Position numbers and translations under genes: made by a program. Below the pieces are notes generated by a model, which searched no databases, was not told where the DNA came from, and saw only the letters and a program-made list of their open reading frames with translations. A stretch of 64,000 nucleotides of DNA from the human T2T-CHM13v2.0 reference genome, Homo sapiens: the NCBI RefSeq assembly GCF_009914755.1, contig NC_060926.1. One strand, given 5' to 3'. Numbering within the stretch: position 1 is the first letter of the stretch; each line of letters opens with the position of its first letter. Below, piece after piece: positions 1-15,958 of this stretch.

Positions 1-761
1 TTCTCCACATCACCCAGAAGGCTGTTTTGCTTTCTTATCATTCACATGTTCACTGAAGTAGCATTTTAATTTTCTTCAAGAACTTTTCCTTTGCATTCAC
101 AACTTGGCTAACTTGCACAAGAGGCCTAGCTTTTGGTCTATCTCCACTTTCAACACACCTTCCTCATTAAGGTTAATCATTTCCAGCTTTTGATTTAAAA
201 TGAGAGATGTGCCACTCTTCCTTTCACTTGAATTCTTAGAGGTTATTGTGGGGTTACTATTTGGCCTAATTTTGATATTGTTCCATCTCAGGGAGTAGGG
301 AGGCCTAAGGAGAAGGAAAGAGACAGAAATCATTGGCCAGTAGAGCAGTCAGAACACACAATATTGGTCAATTAAGTTCATTGCCTTATATGGGTGCAGT
401 TCATGATGCCCCAAAACAATTAGAATAATAACATTAGTGACCACTGATCGCAGATCACCATAGCAAATGTAATAATAATAAACAATTTGAAATATTGCAA
501 TTGTGGATTCGTGGCTCTTGCCAATGTTCAGGCTCTAAGGATATAACAATGATAATAATATAATATAATAACGATAATTATAATAATAATATACATAAAT
601 TACCAAAATGTAACACAGAGACATGAAGTGAGCACACAATATTGGAAAAATGGTACCGACAGACTTGCTCAACATAGGGTTGCCACAAATCTTCACTTTT
701 TTTTTAATGAACTATCTGTGAAGCACAGTAAAGTGAAGTTCAATAAAACAAGCTATGCTTG
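1..761 (-). mobile_element. Tigger1 DNA transposon (TcMar-Tigger), 5' end including TIR and start of the decayed transposase
   Basis: 741-761 (caataaaacaagctatgcttg) is the reverse complement of the Tigger1 terminus CAGGCATACCTCGTTTTATTG with few mismatches. ORF 97..333(-) contains SSERKSGTSLILNQKLEMINLNEEG, matching the Tigger1 transposase N-terminus (MASKCSSERKSRTSLTLNQKLEMIKLSEEG). Confidence 0.92.
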
Positions 762-1214
762 AACCAGAGACTGGGTGACTTATAAAACAGAGGTATATTT
801 TCTCACAGTTCTAGAGCCCAGAAATCCAAAAGTACCTGCAGTGCCACACTTCCTGTTAAACCTGTAGGGTGAATCTCTTCTTGCCACTTCCTAGCTTTTG
901 ATGGTTTGCTCAATCCTTGGCACTCCTTCACTTGCAGCCTCAGCACTTTAATCTCTGCCTTCTAGAGATTGCTACCCTGCCTTCATGTGATGTTGTCACG
1001 TGGCCTTCTCCTCCCATGTGCCTGTGTGTCCATTTCTTTTCTTCTTACAAGGATACCCTTCATACTGGATTAAGCCCACCCTAATGGAGTGTGACTTCAT
1101 CTTAACTTGTTTACGCCTGTAAAGAATCTCTTTCCAAATAGATTACATTCACAGGTACGGAGGGTTAGGACTTCAATATATTATCTTTCTGGTGACAAAA
1201 TTCAACCCTTAATA
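762..1214 (-). mobile_element. MLT1-family MaLR LTR (MLT1B/C/D-like), apparently interrupted by Tigger1
   Basis: Typical MLT1 blocks ttctcacagttctagag, ttacaaggatacc..tcatactggatta, ggttaggacttcaatata and aattcaacccttaata. Confidence 0.8.
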
Positions 1215-1849
1215 GTATTATTTCAGTCTTCTTCACAGACTAATCAAGGGGATGACACAGCAGCAATTAACGTATAAGGACAATGACAAGGTGTGCATAG
1301 TGCTTGTTGGGAGCTCACAGGAGAGACCCTAACCTAGCCTGGTGTGCAGTGGGAAGGCTACTGGGCAGCAGATAATGCCTCTGAAACCTGGATAGGAGTA
1401 GAAGCTGGTCAAGAGCTGCAGGAAAGCATTTCCAGGAAGACAGAATGAAGGGCAGGAACAAAGGACCAGCATCCCTAGAACCTGCATGTTTTTAGGAGTC
1501 ACCAACCCACTGAGCTGACTTGATAGGTTGGAACCCAGAAAATCTCATAAAGCTGTGACTGAACAGAAGAGAAAGGATCAAATTGACTTGAGCAGCAGCA
1601 AGCAAAGGCTGTTGAAGCTCTGTAATCTGAACTAGAGTTTCCCAGCACAAACATCTGCTGTCTCAGATTCAACAGAATAGAAAAGGAGGAATGGCTTTAT
1701 CATAGATAGCTCTTCAGCATGTGAGACTATTTAGCTGGCCCTGAAAAAAATTAAAAAAAAAGATGAGCAACAGACTAAGAGGTAGCAACAAGATGTCCTC
1801 ACAGCATGCATGGACCTTAGCACTGACCCCATATCTTGAGGACAGTGGA

Positions 1850-2225
1850 TCTCTCATATGGCTTGTTCAAATTAGGGACTATTCATAAAGGTGTGAATAT
1901 ATATAAGGAATTTATAGTGTAGGGACTATAGCACAGAGATACTAACAGAGTGGGAAAAAGGCACATGTTCAGAAGCTGTGCCTCTGGAGATCTGTGGCCC
2001 CCTGTGTGGGAAGCAGCCAGCTCAATCCAGTGACCACTTTGACCTCAGTCTCTCGTTGCTCCTTCTAGGCTCCTTTCTATGCTCCCCTCTGATGAAACCC
2101 AACTAGAATCGAGAATGCAGGAGTGCGTATTGATAGAATGCTTTTAGTCAGCCTTCCTGCGCACAGAGAAGGCTGGAGATGTGCAGAAAGTGGAACTGGT
2201 GGGGCAAGTGGAAGATTTCCATATT
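1850..2225 (-). mobile_element. Old ERVL-type LTR fragment (LTR33-like)
   Basis: Motifs aaacccaactagaa, gtcagccttcctg..cacagagaaggctggaga and gtggaactggtggggcaagtggaaga resemble LTR33. Highly diverged, boundaries approximate. Confidence 0.45.
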
Positions 2226-2963
2226 GACCTGCTTAAAGGACTGACCAAAAATGTCTGGGGAAAATGATTAAAATTCATAAGAATTAAGGATGGTGGTGAG
2301 GGTAGGGGCTGTAAGTGGAATTCACAAACCATGCAAATAAATGAAGCGTAGACTTGTTAAATCAATTTTAACCTGAACAAGAAAAGACCACTCTTTATGG
2401 GTTAAATGGCACTAAGGTTAGAATGAATGTAAGAAACACACACTGAATAAGATATTTAGAAAATGACCTACTCCAAGATTTAATACAGGTACTCAATTTA
2501 TAAACAACCTAGAAACAAGTAAATAAGTAAGAAAAACTGTGACATGCTTAAACGTAATATTTTGTCAAAAGGTAGTTCTCGGCTTCATACCTCCATCGGA
2601 TGATAAAAATCTGGAAAGGATGCAGAACATTTCAGCCAATGATGTAGGAGTTTGTGATCATCCTTTGCTGCACCAATCTAATTGGGTCGGTAGGGAAAGA
2701 TGCATTTGAGACAACCAGGAGTCCACTGAGGACTAAGAATTGGGTTTCTGGATGAAAATGCACATAAGGAGACCTTGCAGGATGGGTGAGATGTCACCAG
2801 GAAGAAAAGGAGTTCTTGGAACTGGGTCCCATATAAAAGAAATGGAGAAAGAGCAGGTCACAGTAACTAATTGAAATCCGTGAACACCTGAGGTGGCTGT
2901 ATAGGAAGCTTGGGTTGATAAAACAGAAGAATCGGCTTCTGAGGTGGGGCGATCTGCCCTTGG

Positions 2964-3326
2964 GGTGATGGTTAATTTTATGTATCAACTTGGCTGGAAC
3001 ATGGTACCTAATATGTGAACATACTGTCCTGAATGTTTCCTGTAAAAGTGTTTTTGGATGAGATAAACATTTAAATCAGTGGACTTTGAGCAAAGCAGAT
3101 TGACCTCCATAATGGGGATGGACCTCATCCAATCAGTTGAAGGCCTTAATAGAACAAACACTAACCTCTCCCAAATGAGGAGGAATTCTGAAAGCAGATG
3201 TCTCTGGTCTGGAACTGCAGCTACTTCCTGGGTCTCTTGTCTGCCAGCTTCCCCTGCAGATTTTGGGCATACTAAACCTTCATAATCCAATTTCCTGAAA
3301 ATCAATCTCCTTCTCTCACTGTCTCA

Positions 3327-3358
<32 letters not shown>

Positions 3359-3458
3359 CTCCTTCTCTCACTGTCTCATTCATATATATATGTAGTGCAC
3401 ACACACACAGTTTAGTTTATTCAGGTAGTTCTGTCTCTGGACAACCCTGACTCATCCA
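2964..3458 (+). mobile_element. MLT2 (ERVL) solo LTR with internal (TA)n
   Basis: Starts gtgatggttaattttatgtatcaacttggctgg, contains gacctcatccaatcagttgaaggccttaatagaacaaa, ends ttctgtctctggacaaccctgactcatcca. Confidence 0.88.
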
Positions 3459-4006
3459 TTTGGGTGTCTCAAGATGGGTTTAATGCCCCTACTCTGTGTT
3501 CTGCTCATGACATTAATCACACTGCATTATAATGCAGTGTTTACCTATGTGTCCCCACAGGGCTGTGAGCTCCTTGTTGGAAAATAAGGAACAGGGTGTG
3601 ATGAATCTTTGGATCTACTTTTATACACACTTGAATGAGTCTAGTGTAAATTGAACTCTGAGAAATCACTGCCAAATTGAAGACTAATTTCTATCTTTCC
3701 CGTTTTTTTCTTTCCTGTTTCCATAATCTATCTTTGACTCAAGCCCTGTTCCATTAAATCAATAACAGTTTGGGATGTTGGAAACAGCCTCAGTATTTAA
3801 TCTTGACTGAGCTTGAGTCATTCCTACTCTTTGCAATGCCTTCTATAAGTCCAAGAGTACAGAGTGCCCATCTGTTCCTCACTGCCTTCATGACTGTTTG
3901 TTGCTGCTCAACCTCTCTCCAAGTTGCTGTTTCCTTCAAACATAGAAATGACTAATGGGTAGAAATATGATTTGGAGTCACACTGGAGTTTAAATTCTAG
4001 CACATT

Positions 4007-4110
4007 CTAGCTGTATGACCTTGGATAAATCATCTAATATTTCTAGATCTTGGTTTTTCTAGCTGGATGGCCTTGGATAAATCATCTAACATTTCTAGAT
4101 CTTGGTTTTT
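4007..4110. repeat. 52-bp tandem duplication inside a MIR-like SINE
   Basis: ctagctgtatgaccttggataaatcatctaatatttctagatcttggttttt at 4007 recurs at 4059 with about 3 substitutions. Confidence 0.9.
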
Positions 4111-4169
4111 TTATCAGTAGTGTGGAGACAATAAAAAATTGGTGACATGTAAGATTGTGAGAATTAGCA

Positions 4170-4195
4170 TATATATATATGCTACACACACACAC

Positions 4196-4232
<37 letters not shown>
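4170..4232. repeat. (TA)n/(CA)n compound microsatellite
   Basis: Direct reading of the sequence. Confidence 0.9.
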
Positions 4233-4233
<1 letters not shown>

Positions 4234-5400
4234 GCAAACTTTCTAGCCTTAAAAAGTAGATGGTCATTTAATATGCTAATGTAATGTCATGGTGTGATTA
4301 TTAATTGTGTCTACAACCACTCTTACAGTTGACATAGTATGAATGATATTACATAGTCATTCTAGTCATGAAAGATAGCTATCACCTTTGCCAGCGATAG
4401 AAATAGAATCTTTACTTGTATAGGCACCATGAGATTTCAGAGGCTCTTGGAGCCTGGAGAGAGCATTTCTGCTGGGACTCCTTCAATATTGATAAAACAG
4501 AATTATAAGGGTGAGGCACCCTGACAAGATTTTCCTTGAAACTTGACATTAAACTGATTCTACTCAGTTTACATTGTGCCTTTTTTAATGTTAACAGGAC
4601 ACACTGTCAATGTGTTAAAAGATATTTCTTAGCTGTATACTGTTTTTCCTTTGTACAGTATAATTGTATATTGATATGCAAAATTGTTTGTCTAGAATCA
4701 CTAGCAAAAACACATTTATTTCTTATCTTGATGGATTCAATGCCAATTTCATGCATGTGGATCTGTAAGGCAATCATCAGGCATTACAAGGAATTTGCAA
4801 GGAACATTTAGTCAAATCTCTAAAGCGAAACTTATTTTCCATTCTCAAACAGCTCATAATCCATTTGCAAACCAACTTACAAGTCTCCATATCTTGTCAC
4901 TCTGGCTATTATGATGCTCTGTTTCTCACTCCTTTGGCAGCAGCCTCTGTTTTCATTAAAACTCATCAAAGCATGCATAATGGAGTAGGTAGAAAGCTGC
5001 AATTGAGGTCTCTCCAATATTTCTGCACATAATTGTGCAGTGTGATTGCAGTAATAGATTATCATCCCAGGTATTGACATAAAGAAAGAAATGTATCCAT
5101 GTGGTTTGGCCTAAATTGGTAGCCTTGCTTCCTGAAGTTAGAGCGATGTCAGTGAATTTACCTGTGGGCTGCACCCAGGTCTGCCAGTGTAGGGGAAATG
5201 AGAATGATCCATGACATAAAATGGGACCACTGGTTATGAAACATTTATTTCTCCCCAGCCTTCTTAGGATGTTGTTAATTTTGCCAGCTGTATCATATAG
5301 CAAAGTAAGTAGAATTTAGTTGATTACGTGATTTGTATCTGTAATACAATTTGGTACTGGTATCTCCTTGCAGATTCCTGTTTGAAAACACTCTACTTTC

Positions 5401-6139
5401 TTTTTTTTTCTTCAACTTTTATTTTAAGTTCAGTGCTACATATGCACGATGTGGAGGTTTTTTACATAGGTAAACGTGTGCCGTGATGGTTTGCTGCACA
5501 GATCACCCCATCACCTAGATATTAAGCCCAGCATCCATTAGCTATTCTTCCTGATGCTCTCCCACCCCCGAACCCCCACCCTTTGACAAGCTCCAGTGTG
5601 TGTTGTTCCCCCTCCATGTGTCCATGTGTTCTCATCATTCAGTTCCCACTTGTAGATGAGAACATGTGGTGTTTGGTTTTCCTGTTCCTATGTTAGTTTG
5701 CTGAGGATAATGGCTTCCACCTCCATCCATGTCCCTGCAAAGACATGATCTCATTTCTTTTTATTGCTGCATAGTATTCCATGGTGCATATGAACTATAT
5801 TTTCTTTATCTCGTCTATCATTGGTGGGCATTTAGGTTGATTCCATGTCTTTACTAATGTGAATAATGTTGCAATGAACATACACATGCATGTATTTTTA
5901 TAAAAGGATGATTTAGATTCCTTTGGGTATATAACCGATAACAGGATTGCTGGGTCAAATGGTATATCTGCCTCTAGGTCTTTGGGGAATTGCCACACTG
6001 TATTCCACAATGGGCGAACTAATTTATACTCCCACCGACAGTGTAAAAGCATTCCTTTTTCTCCACAGTGTCATCAGCGTCTGTTGTTTTTACTTTTTAA
6101 TTGTAGCCATCCTGATTGGTGTGAGACGATATCTCATTG
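5401..6139 (-). mobile_element. 5'-truncated L1PA (older primate, L1PA8-L1PA13-like) 3' end with perfect 17-bp TSD
   Basis: Poly(T) followed by L1 3'UTR and ORF2 C-terminus (LLHCRWEYKLVRPLWNTVW). TSD gaaaacactctactttc at 5384-5400 and 6140-6156. Endonuclease-type site TTTC/AA. Confidence 0.95.
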
Positions 6140-9100
6140 GAAAACACTCTACTTTCAAAACCCACACACACTCACACACACACTCACACATGCACAAGTG
6201 TCAACTTCCATTGCCCTACTTCAGGCTTATACAAAAGCAAGCTGCGTTCAAGTTCTGAAGTTTGCTTTTTTATCACAAGTTGGGTAATCATCATTGCAAA
6301 AGTATTGTTACCACAAAGTTGTCATTTGATTACAGACTGTAAAATATTGCACAGAATATCTACAGGGTACCAAGCTAGTACAACATGCATTATGATGAAG
6401 TAGCTGGAATAATTTTTATTTTATAAGTGCACGAATGAGGCTAGTAAGTACTAGAAACAGGATACCAATTATAGCTGTCTAGAGATGAAGCTTCTGCCCT
6501 GTATGCTGTGCTTTTTATCAAAGGGTAGTAAGGCATGGGTGGCAACACTTCCTCTACTATGTTGAATCAATATTCATTGGTTATCTGTTCTGGCCAGGCA
6601 CTGACAAGCCACTGAGAATATAGAAATGATTAAGATATGGTCCTGCAAGTTCACAGACTTTATAATCTCATGTCCTTGTGGGAAAAAATGCCCATGTCTT
6701 CAGCTTTCCCCATCGTGATTCATAATTCACACAACAGCTAGGCTGATCTTTAAAAAACACAGGGATGGCCATGTCTCCCCATCCCTTCCACCTCTACCTG
6801 AATAAATTCCCATCTCCTACCCATGGCTTACAATGTTTGAAGGGCATGGTTGTGAAACTTTATAAGTTTATATGCATCAATGAAAACTCTTAGAACAGTG
6901 CCCATAATCACTACACCTTCTGAATTACTATATTATTGTCTAATTACTTTGTGGGGACATGAGTAAAACCCTCCATCTTTATACTTTAGTTTCTCTGTCT
7001 GTAAATGGAGGGTGATGATGACAGCTTTTTATGGTTGCCACATAGTCAATTGAATGAGTTAACATGTAAACAATGTCAGAAAGTGACAGTCACAGAGAAG
7101 GTGGGAAAGAAAGCCTAGATCCTTCTCCTTATCTTCTTTTGCCTTTCCTTGGAAACACATCCACTGTCTTTAGGGACAGCAGGTTTAGTTCATCCTAGGG
7201 AGGAGCTCACAAGCTGAGTCCCCTGGTGGCACAAGCATTGTTTCCTGGTTGAGACTCACTCATGGGTGACATATGTGCTGTGGCTCACTGGTAGTTTAAT
7301 CAGTTGGAATAATACTTGTATTGTTGCTTATATTTCAGAGGGACAATTTGCTTTCTGTAAATGAAGCTTTTCCAGAGGACTATTTTAGGCTGAAGAATAG
7401 TAATTTAACAGCTTAGAGGTGGGAATTTTTATTTAAGTGTCTCTCTTTTCTCTCTAATGGGTTTATGATGTCGACCAAAGTGTGGTGACCACATAGGGCT
7501 TCCAGAAGGCTGGTCTCTTAGGCGAAGCTCTGGAGCTGCTCTGCGTGTGTTGAAGGGCTGAGCTTTAAAGTGGTCTCTCTGGACTAGTGGCAGAAGGCAT
7601 AATCTCCTGCTAAATTGGGCCATTAAATAAAACTACTAAGTCATAAAGCTGTAGTATTACCCTGAAATTAAAGCATTGTCACCTTTGAGTTGCCAAGAAT
7701 TTTAACAGGCACTTAGAGAAATTCCTTTCACATACCCGTTTTAGCACGGCCAGTTGACTCCAACCCACATGGATGGTAGCAGGAGGCTCAGGTGATTGCA
7801 GTGTGATTTTAATTCATTTACTTGATCATTCATTCATCCATCCCTCCCTTTACTAACTTATTTGCTGCTTTCTTGAATTCCTTTATTATCTTCTCATTTA
7901 TGTATTCATTTGTTAATTCTCTCATTTATTTACTTCCTCATTTATTTTTTCAGGTTTTTAATTACTTACACATTATTCATTAATTCAGTCACTCTGTCAA
8001 TTATTCAGTTGGTAATTCAGAAATTAAGTAATTCAAATAAACTTTTGAATATTGACTGAACTTGACATCAAGTTTACAAAATAAATAAATCTGTTCTTGT
8101 CCTCAAGGAATTCACAGTTTGGAGAAGATGGACATTGTAAATGGATATTTTGCACAGTGTGGAAAATAGAATAGAAGCTGGTAGATGGTACAGAAATAGT
8201 ACAAAGGAAACAGGGGTTGAAAGTACACAAGGAGGCTGGGGGTGGTGGGCAGAGAAGATGCCCTTGAAGAGCTGCCCTCTGAGCTGAATTTTGTAGTAGA
8301 AGCAGCTAACATTTATCCAGCAGCTGCTGGTATTAGGCACCATGCTAGGTATTTTATATTCAAGATGTTATTTGATTTTCTTAGCAATCCATGTTACAGA
8401 GATAGGCACCATCTGGAGAGACTAAGCAACTAGCCCAAGGTCTCACAAGGAGCAAACGGTAAAGCCAGGAATGGAAGCTATGGGTGAGGTTGTGAGGCTG
8501 GGTTATTAAGGCCAGGTGACACAGTCTCTGAAACAGAGAAAGCCTCCTGTGTCCAAACAGAATTCCCCTCTGGCCTGCATTGCCCTGTCTCTTGTTCACA
8601 GTCCCTTAACTCAATGCCATGGTGGAAAACTCCTCCAGGAAGTAGCCTTGAAGGGTGAGGGCTCCATTATACCCACTTTACCTCCGTGTCCGTCACTTTC
8701 CTCATCTGTAATGTGGGGGAAATCATACCCACTTTTCCAGGTTTTCCTGAGTATCATATGAAAATTATATAAAGCAGAGGTTCACAAAGCTTAGTTTTCT
8801 AAAGCATGAGCTGGGATGAACATTTAAGACGCTATTTTCTAGGCCTATTCCCAGCAATGTTTATTCAGTAGGTATAGCATAGTATACTTACTACAGTATA
8901 CATAGTATAGTATACATAGTATAGTAGTGATCAGAAATAGCATGTTTAGCAAGCACCTGAAGATACTGGACTTTGGGATATATCTATATAAGGTGATTAG
9001 CACAGTGCTCAGTGCTTAATAAGTCCCCATCCTTATGTATCTCCCCACTTCCGAGGGGCTCAGGCCAGGGCCTAGAATCGCTGCTCTTCTAAGCACTGAA

Positions 9101-11053
9101 CACAGGGCTTATCCTGACTCCTTCCGGATGGGTCTTTTCATCTTTTACTGCAGATAACTGGTGAGTCTCATTTTTGGCATCAGGGGATTGGGAGACAGTC
9201 CAGTCAACAAAGATTTATTGATGCACTGCTTGCGTAATGTAAGCTGCTGGTCCACACACAAAGGACCTCACACTGTAACAAGAAAATAAAGCCATCCATC
9301 TCTTACAGCAATTTTAGCTAGGCCATTTTATTTATTCGTACAACTATCCTGTAGCAACTTGACAATGGAATCCTGGTCAAGTTGACTAACTTTTATGAGG
9401 CTTAATTTCCTCATCTGTATAATAGAAATGATCACTTATTCTTACCTCAATGAGTTGTACAAAATTAGATAGAATTAAATAAGCAAATGTACCCAACACA
9501 CCCAGTACAATATCTGACATGCCCTAAGACCTCCTAAAATAAAAGTAATCACTTTTATTTCAGAGCCAACATCATAGAATGATCTAGATGCTAAAGGAAT
9601 TTAGAGACAGGAATAGTCAAGGAAGCATTATGGGAGACACTAGGCTTGGGTTTGACCTTGGAAGACAGGTATCCTGGGGTGTGTTAGTCCACTCTCACAT
9701 TGCTATAAAAGTTATACCTGGTAAGAAAGGGGCCGAGATGGCAGAAAAGAAACAGCTCTAGCCTGCAGCTCCCAGTGAGACGAATGCAGAACGTGGGTGA
9801 TTACTGCATTTCCAACTGAGGTACCCAGTTCATCTAATTGGGACTGACTAGGTGGTGGGCTTGACCTACAGAGAATGAGAAGAAGCAGAGTGGGTCATCA
9901 TTTCACCTGGGAGCTGCACTGAGTGGGTGTACCTCCCCGCTGAGCCAAGGGAAATGGTGAGGGACTGTGCTACCTGCCAAGGGTACTATGCTTTTCCCAT
10001 GGATTTTTGCCATCTGTGGATCAGGAGATTCCCTCGTGAGCCTACACCACCAGGGCTCTCAGTCTCAAGCACAAAACTGGGTGGCTGTTCGAGCAGGCAC
10101 TGAGCTGCAAGAGTTTTTACATACATCGGGGGTGCCTTGAGCTCCAGTAAGACAGGAGAACAGTCCACTCCCCTGGAAAGGGGGCTGTAGCCAGGGAGCC
10201 AAGCAATCTCGCTCAGCAGGTCCCACTTCCATGGGCCCAGCAAGCTAAGAACCACTAGCTTGAAATCCCTGCTGCCAGCACAGCAGTCTGGAGTTGGCCT
10301 GGGACCACCGAGTTCCCGGTGGGAGGAGTGACCATCATTACTGTGGCTTTAGTTTTCCCCTGACAGTGCTAAGGAGACTGGGAGATTTGGACTGAGCAGA
10401 ATTCACCACAGTGCAGCAAAGGAGCTGTGGCAGATCATGGCTAGATGGCTTCTTTAGATCCCTCCTCACTGGAGAGGGCCTCCCTGTAGGAAATCTAGCA
10501 GCTATAGTCAAAGACTTACAGAAAGAGCTCTCACCTCCCTGAGACCGAGCATCTGCGGGGAGGGGAAGCCGTCATCTCAGGTTCAGCAGACTTAATCTTT
10601 CCTGCCTGCCGGCTCTGAAAAAATCAGCTGATCCAAATGAGGAGGATTCCCCCCAGCACAGCACACCAGCTCCGCTAAGGGGCAGACTGTCTTCTCAAGC
10701 GGATCCCTGACCCTGTGCCTCCTGACTGGGTGAGACCTCCCAACAGGGGTCACCAGAAACCACAGACAGGAAAATCCCAGCGGACATCAGGTCAGTGTCC
10801 CTCTAGGATGAAGCTTCCAGAGGAAGGAGCAGGCAGCAACCTTTGCTGTTCTGCAGCTTGTACTGGTGATATCCAGGAGAAAAGGGTCTGGAGTGGACCC
10901 CCAGCAAACCACAGCAGACCTGCAGAAGAAAGGCCTGACTGTTAGAAGAAAAACAAACAGAAAGCAACAACAACATCAAAAAAAAAAAAGACCCCACAAA
11001 AACCCCATCCAAAGTTATCACCCTCAAGATCAAAGGTAGATAAATCCATGAAG

Positions 11054-12070
11054 ATGAGGAAAAACCAATGCAGAAACACTGAAAAATCCCAAAAGTCAAA
11101 ATGCCTCTTCTCCTCCAAATGATTGCAACGTCTCCAGCAAGGTCACAGAACGGAGCTGAAGCTGAGATGGATGAACTGACAGAAATAGACTTCAGAAAGT
11201 GGGTAATAATAAACATCACTGAGCTAAAGGATTATGTTTTAACCCAATGCAAAGGAGCTAAGAACCATGATAAAAGATTACAGCAGCTGTTAACTAGAAT
11301 AACCAGTTTAGAGAGGAACATAAATGACCTGATGGAGCTGAAAAACACAGCACAAGACAATCATAATGCAAACACAAGTATCAATAGCCGAACTGACCAA
11401 GTGGAAGAGAAATGGCAGAGCTTAAGGACTATCTTGCTAAAATAAGGCAGGCCGACAAGATTAGAGAAAACAAATGAAAAGGAACAAACAAAGCCTCCAA
11501 GAATTATGGTGCTATGTAAAAAGACTGAGCCTACTGCTGATTGGAGTATCTTTAAGAGATGGGGAGAATGGAACCAAGTTGTAAAACACACTTCAGTGTA
11601 TCATCCGGGAGGACTTCCCCAACCTAGAAAGACAAGCCAATATTCAAATTCAGAAAACCCAGGGAACCCCAATAAGATAATCTATGAAAAGATCTACCCC
11701 AGGACATAATCATCAGATTCTCCAAGGTTGAAATGAAGCAAAAAAATGTTAAGAGCAGCCAGAGAGAAAGGCCAAATCACATACAAAAGGAAGCCCATCA
11801 GACTGACAGTGGACCTCTCAGTAGAAACTGTACAAACCAGAAGAGCTTGGGGGCCAATATTCACCATTCTTAACAAAAATAAATTCCAACCCAGAATTTC
11901 ATATCTGGCCAAACTAAGGTTTATGAGCAAAGAAAAAAGTAAAATCTTTTTCAGACACGCAAATGCTGAGGCATTTTTTCACCAGCAGGCCTGCCTTGCA
12001 AGAGCTCCTGAAGGAAGCACTAAACATAGATAGGAAAAACCATTAGCAGCCACTACAAAAACACACTGAA
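11054..12070 (+). pseudogene. L1 ORF1p remnant (frameshifted)
   Basis: Fragments EAEMDELTEIDFRKWVI...LMELKNTA and MLRAAREKGQITYKRKPIRLTVDLSVET match L1 ORF1p but lie in different frames. Confidence 0.9.
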
Positions 12071-12137
12071 GTACACAGACCAACAACACTACTAAACAAC
12101 TACATTAACAAGTCTGCAAAATTAACCAGTTAGCATC

Positions 12138-15958
<3,821 letters not shown>

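Noticed and set aside
3307-4110. Two nearby duplications both with a 52-bp period
   Set aside because: The units are unrelated and the first period depends on a variable TA run, so this is most likely coincidence.
9986-10255. Antisense ORF in the L1 5'UTR as a possible ORF0
   Set aside because: I cannot match it to ORF0, and the 5'UTR is old and diverged.
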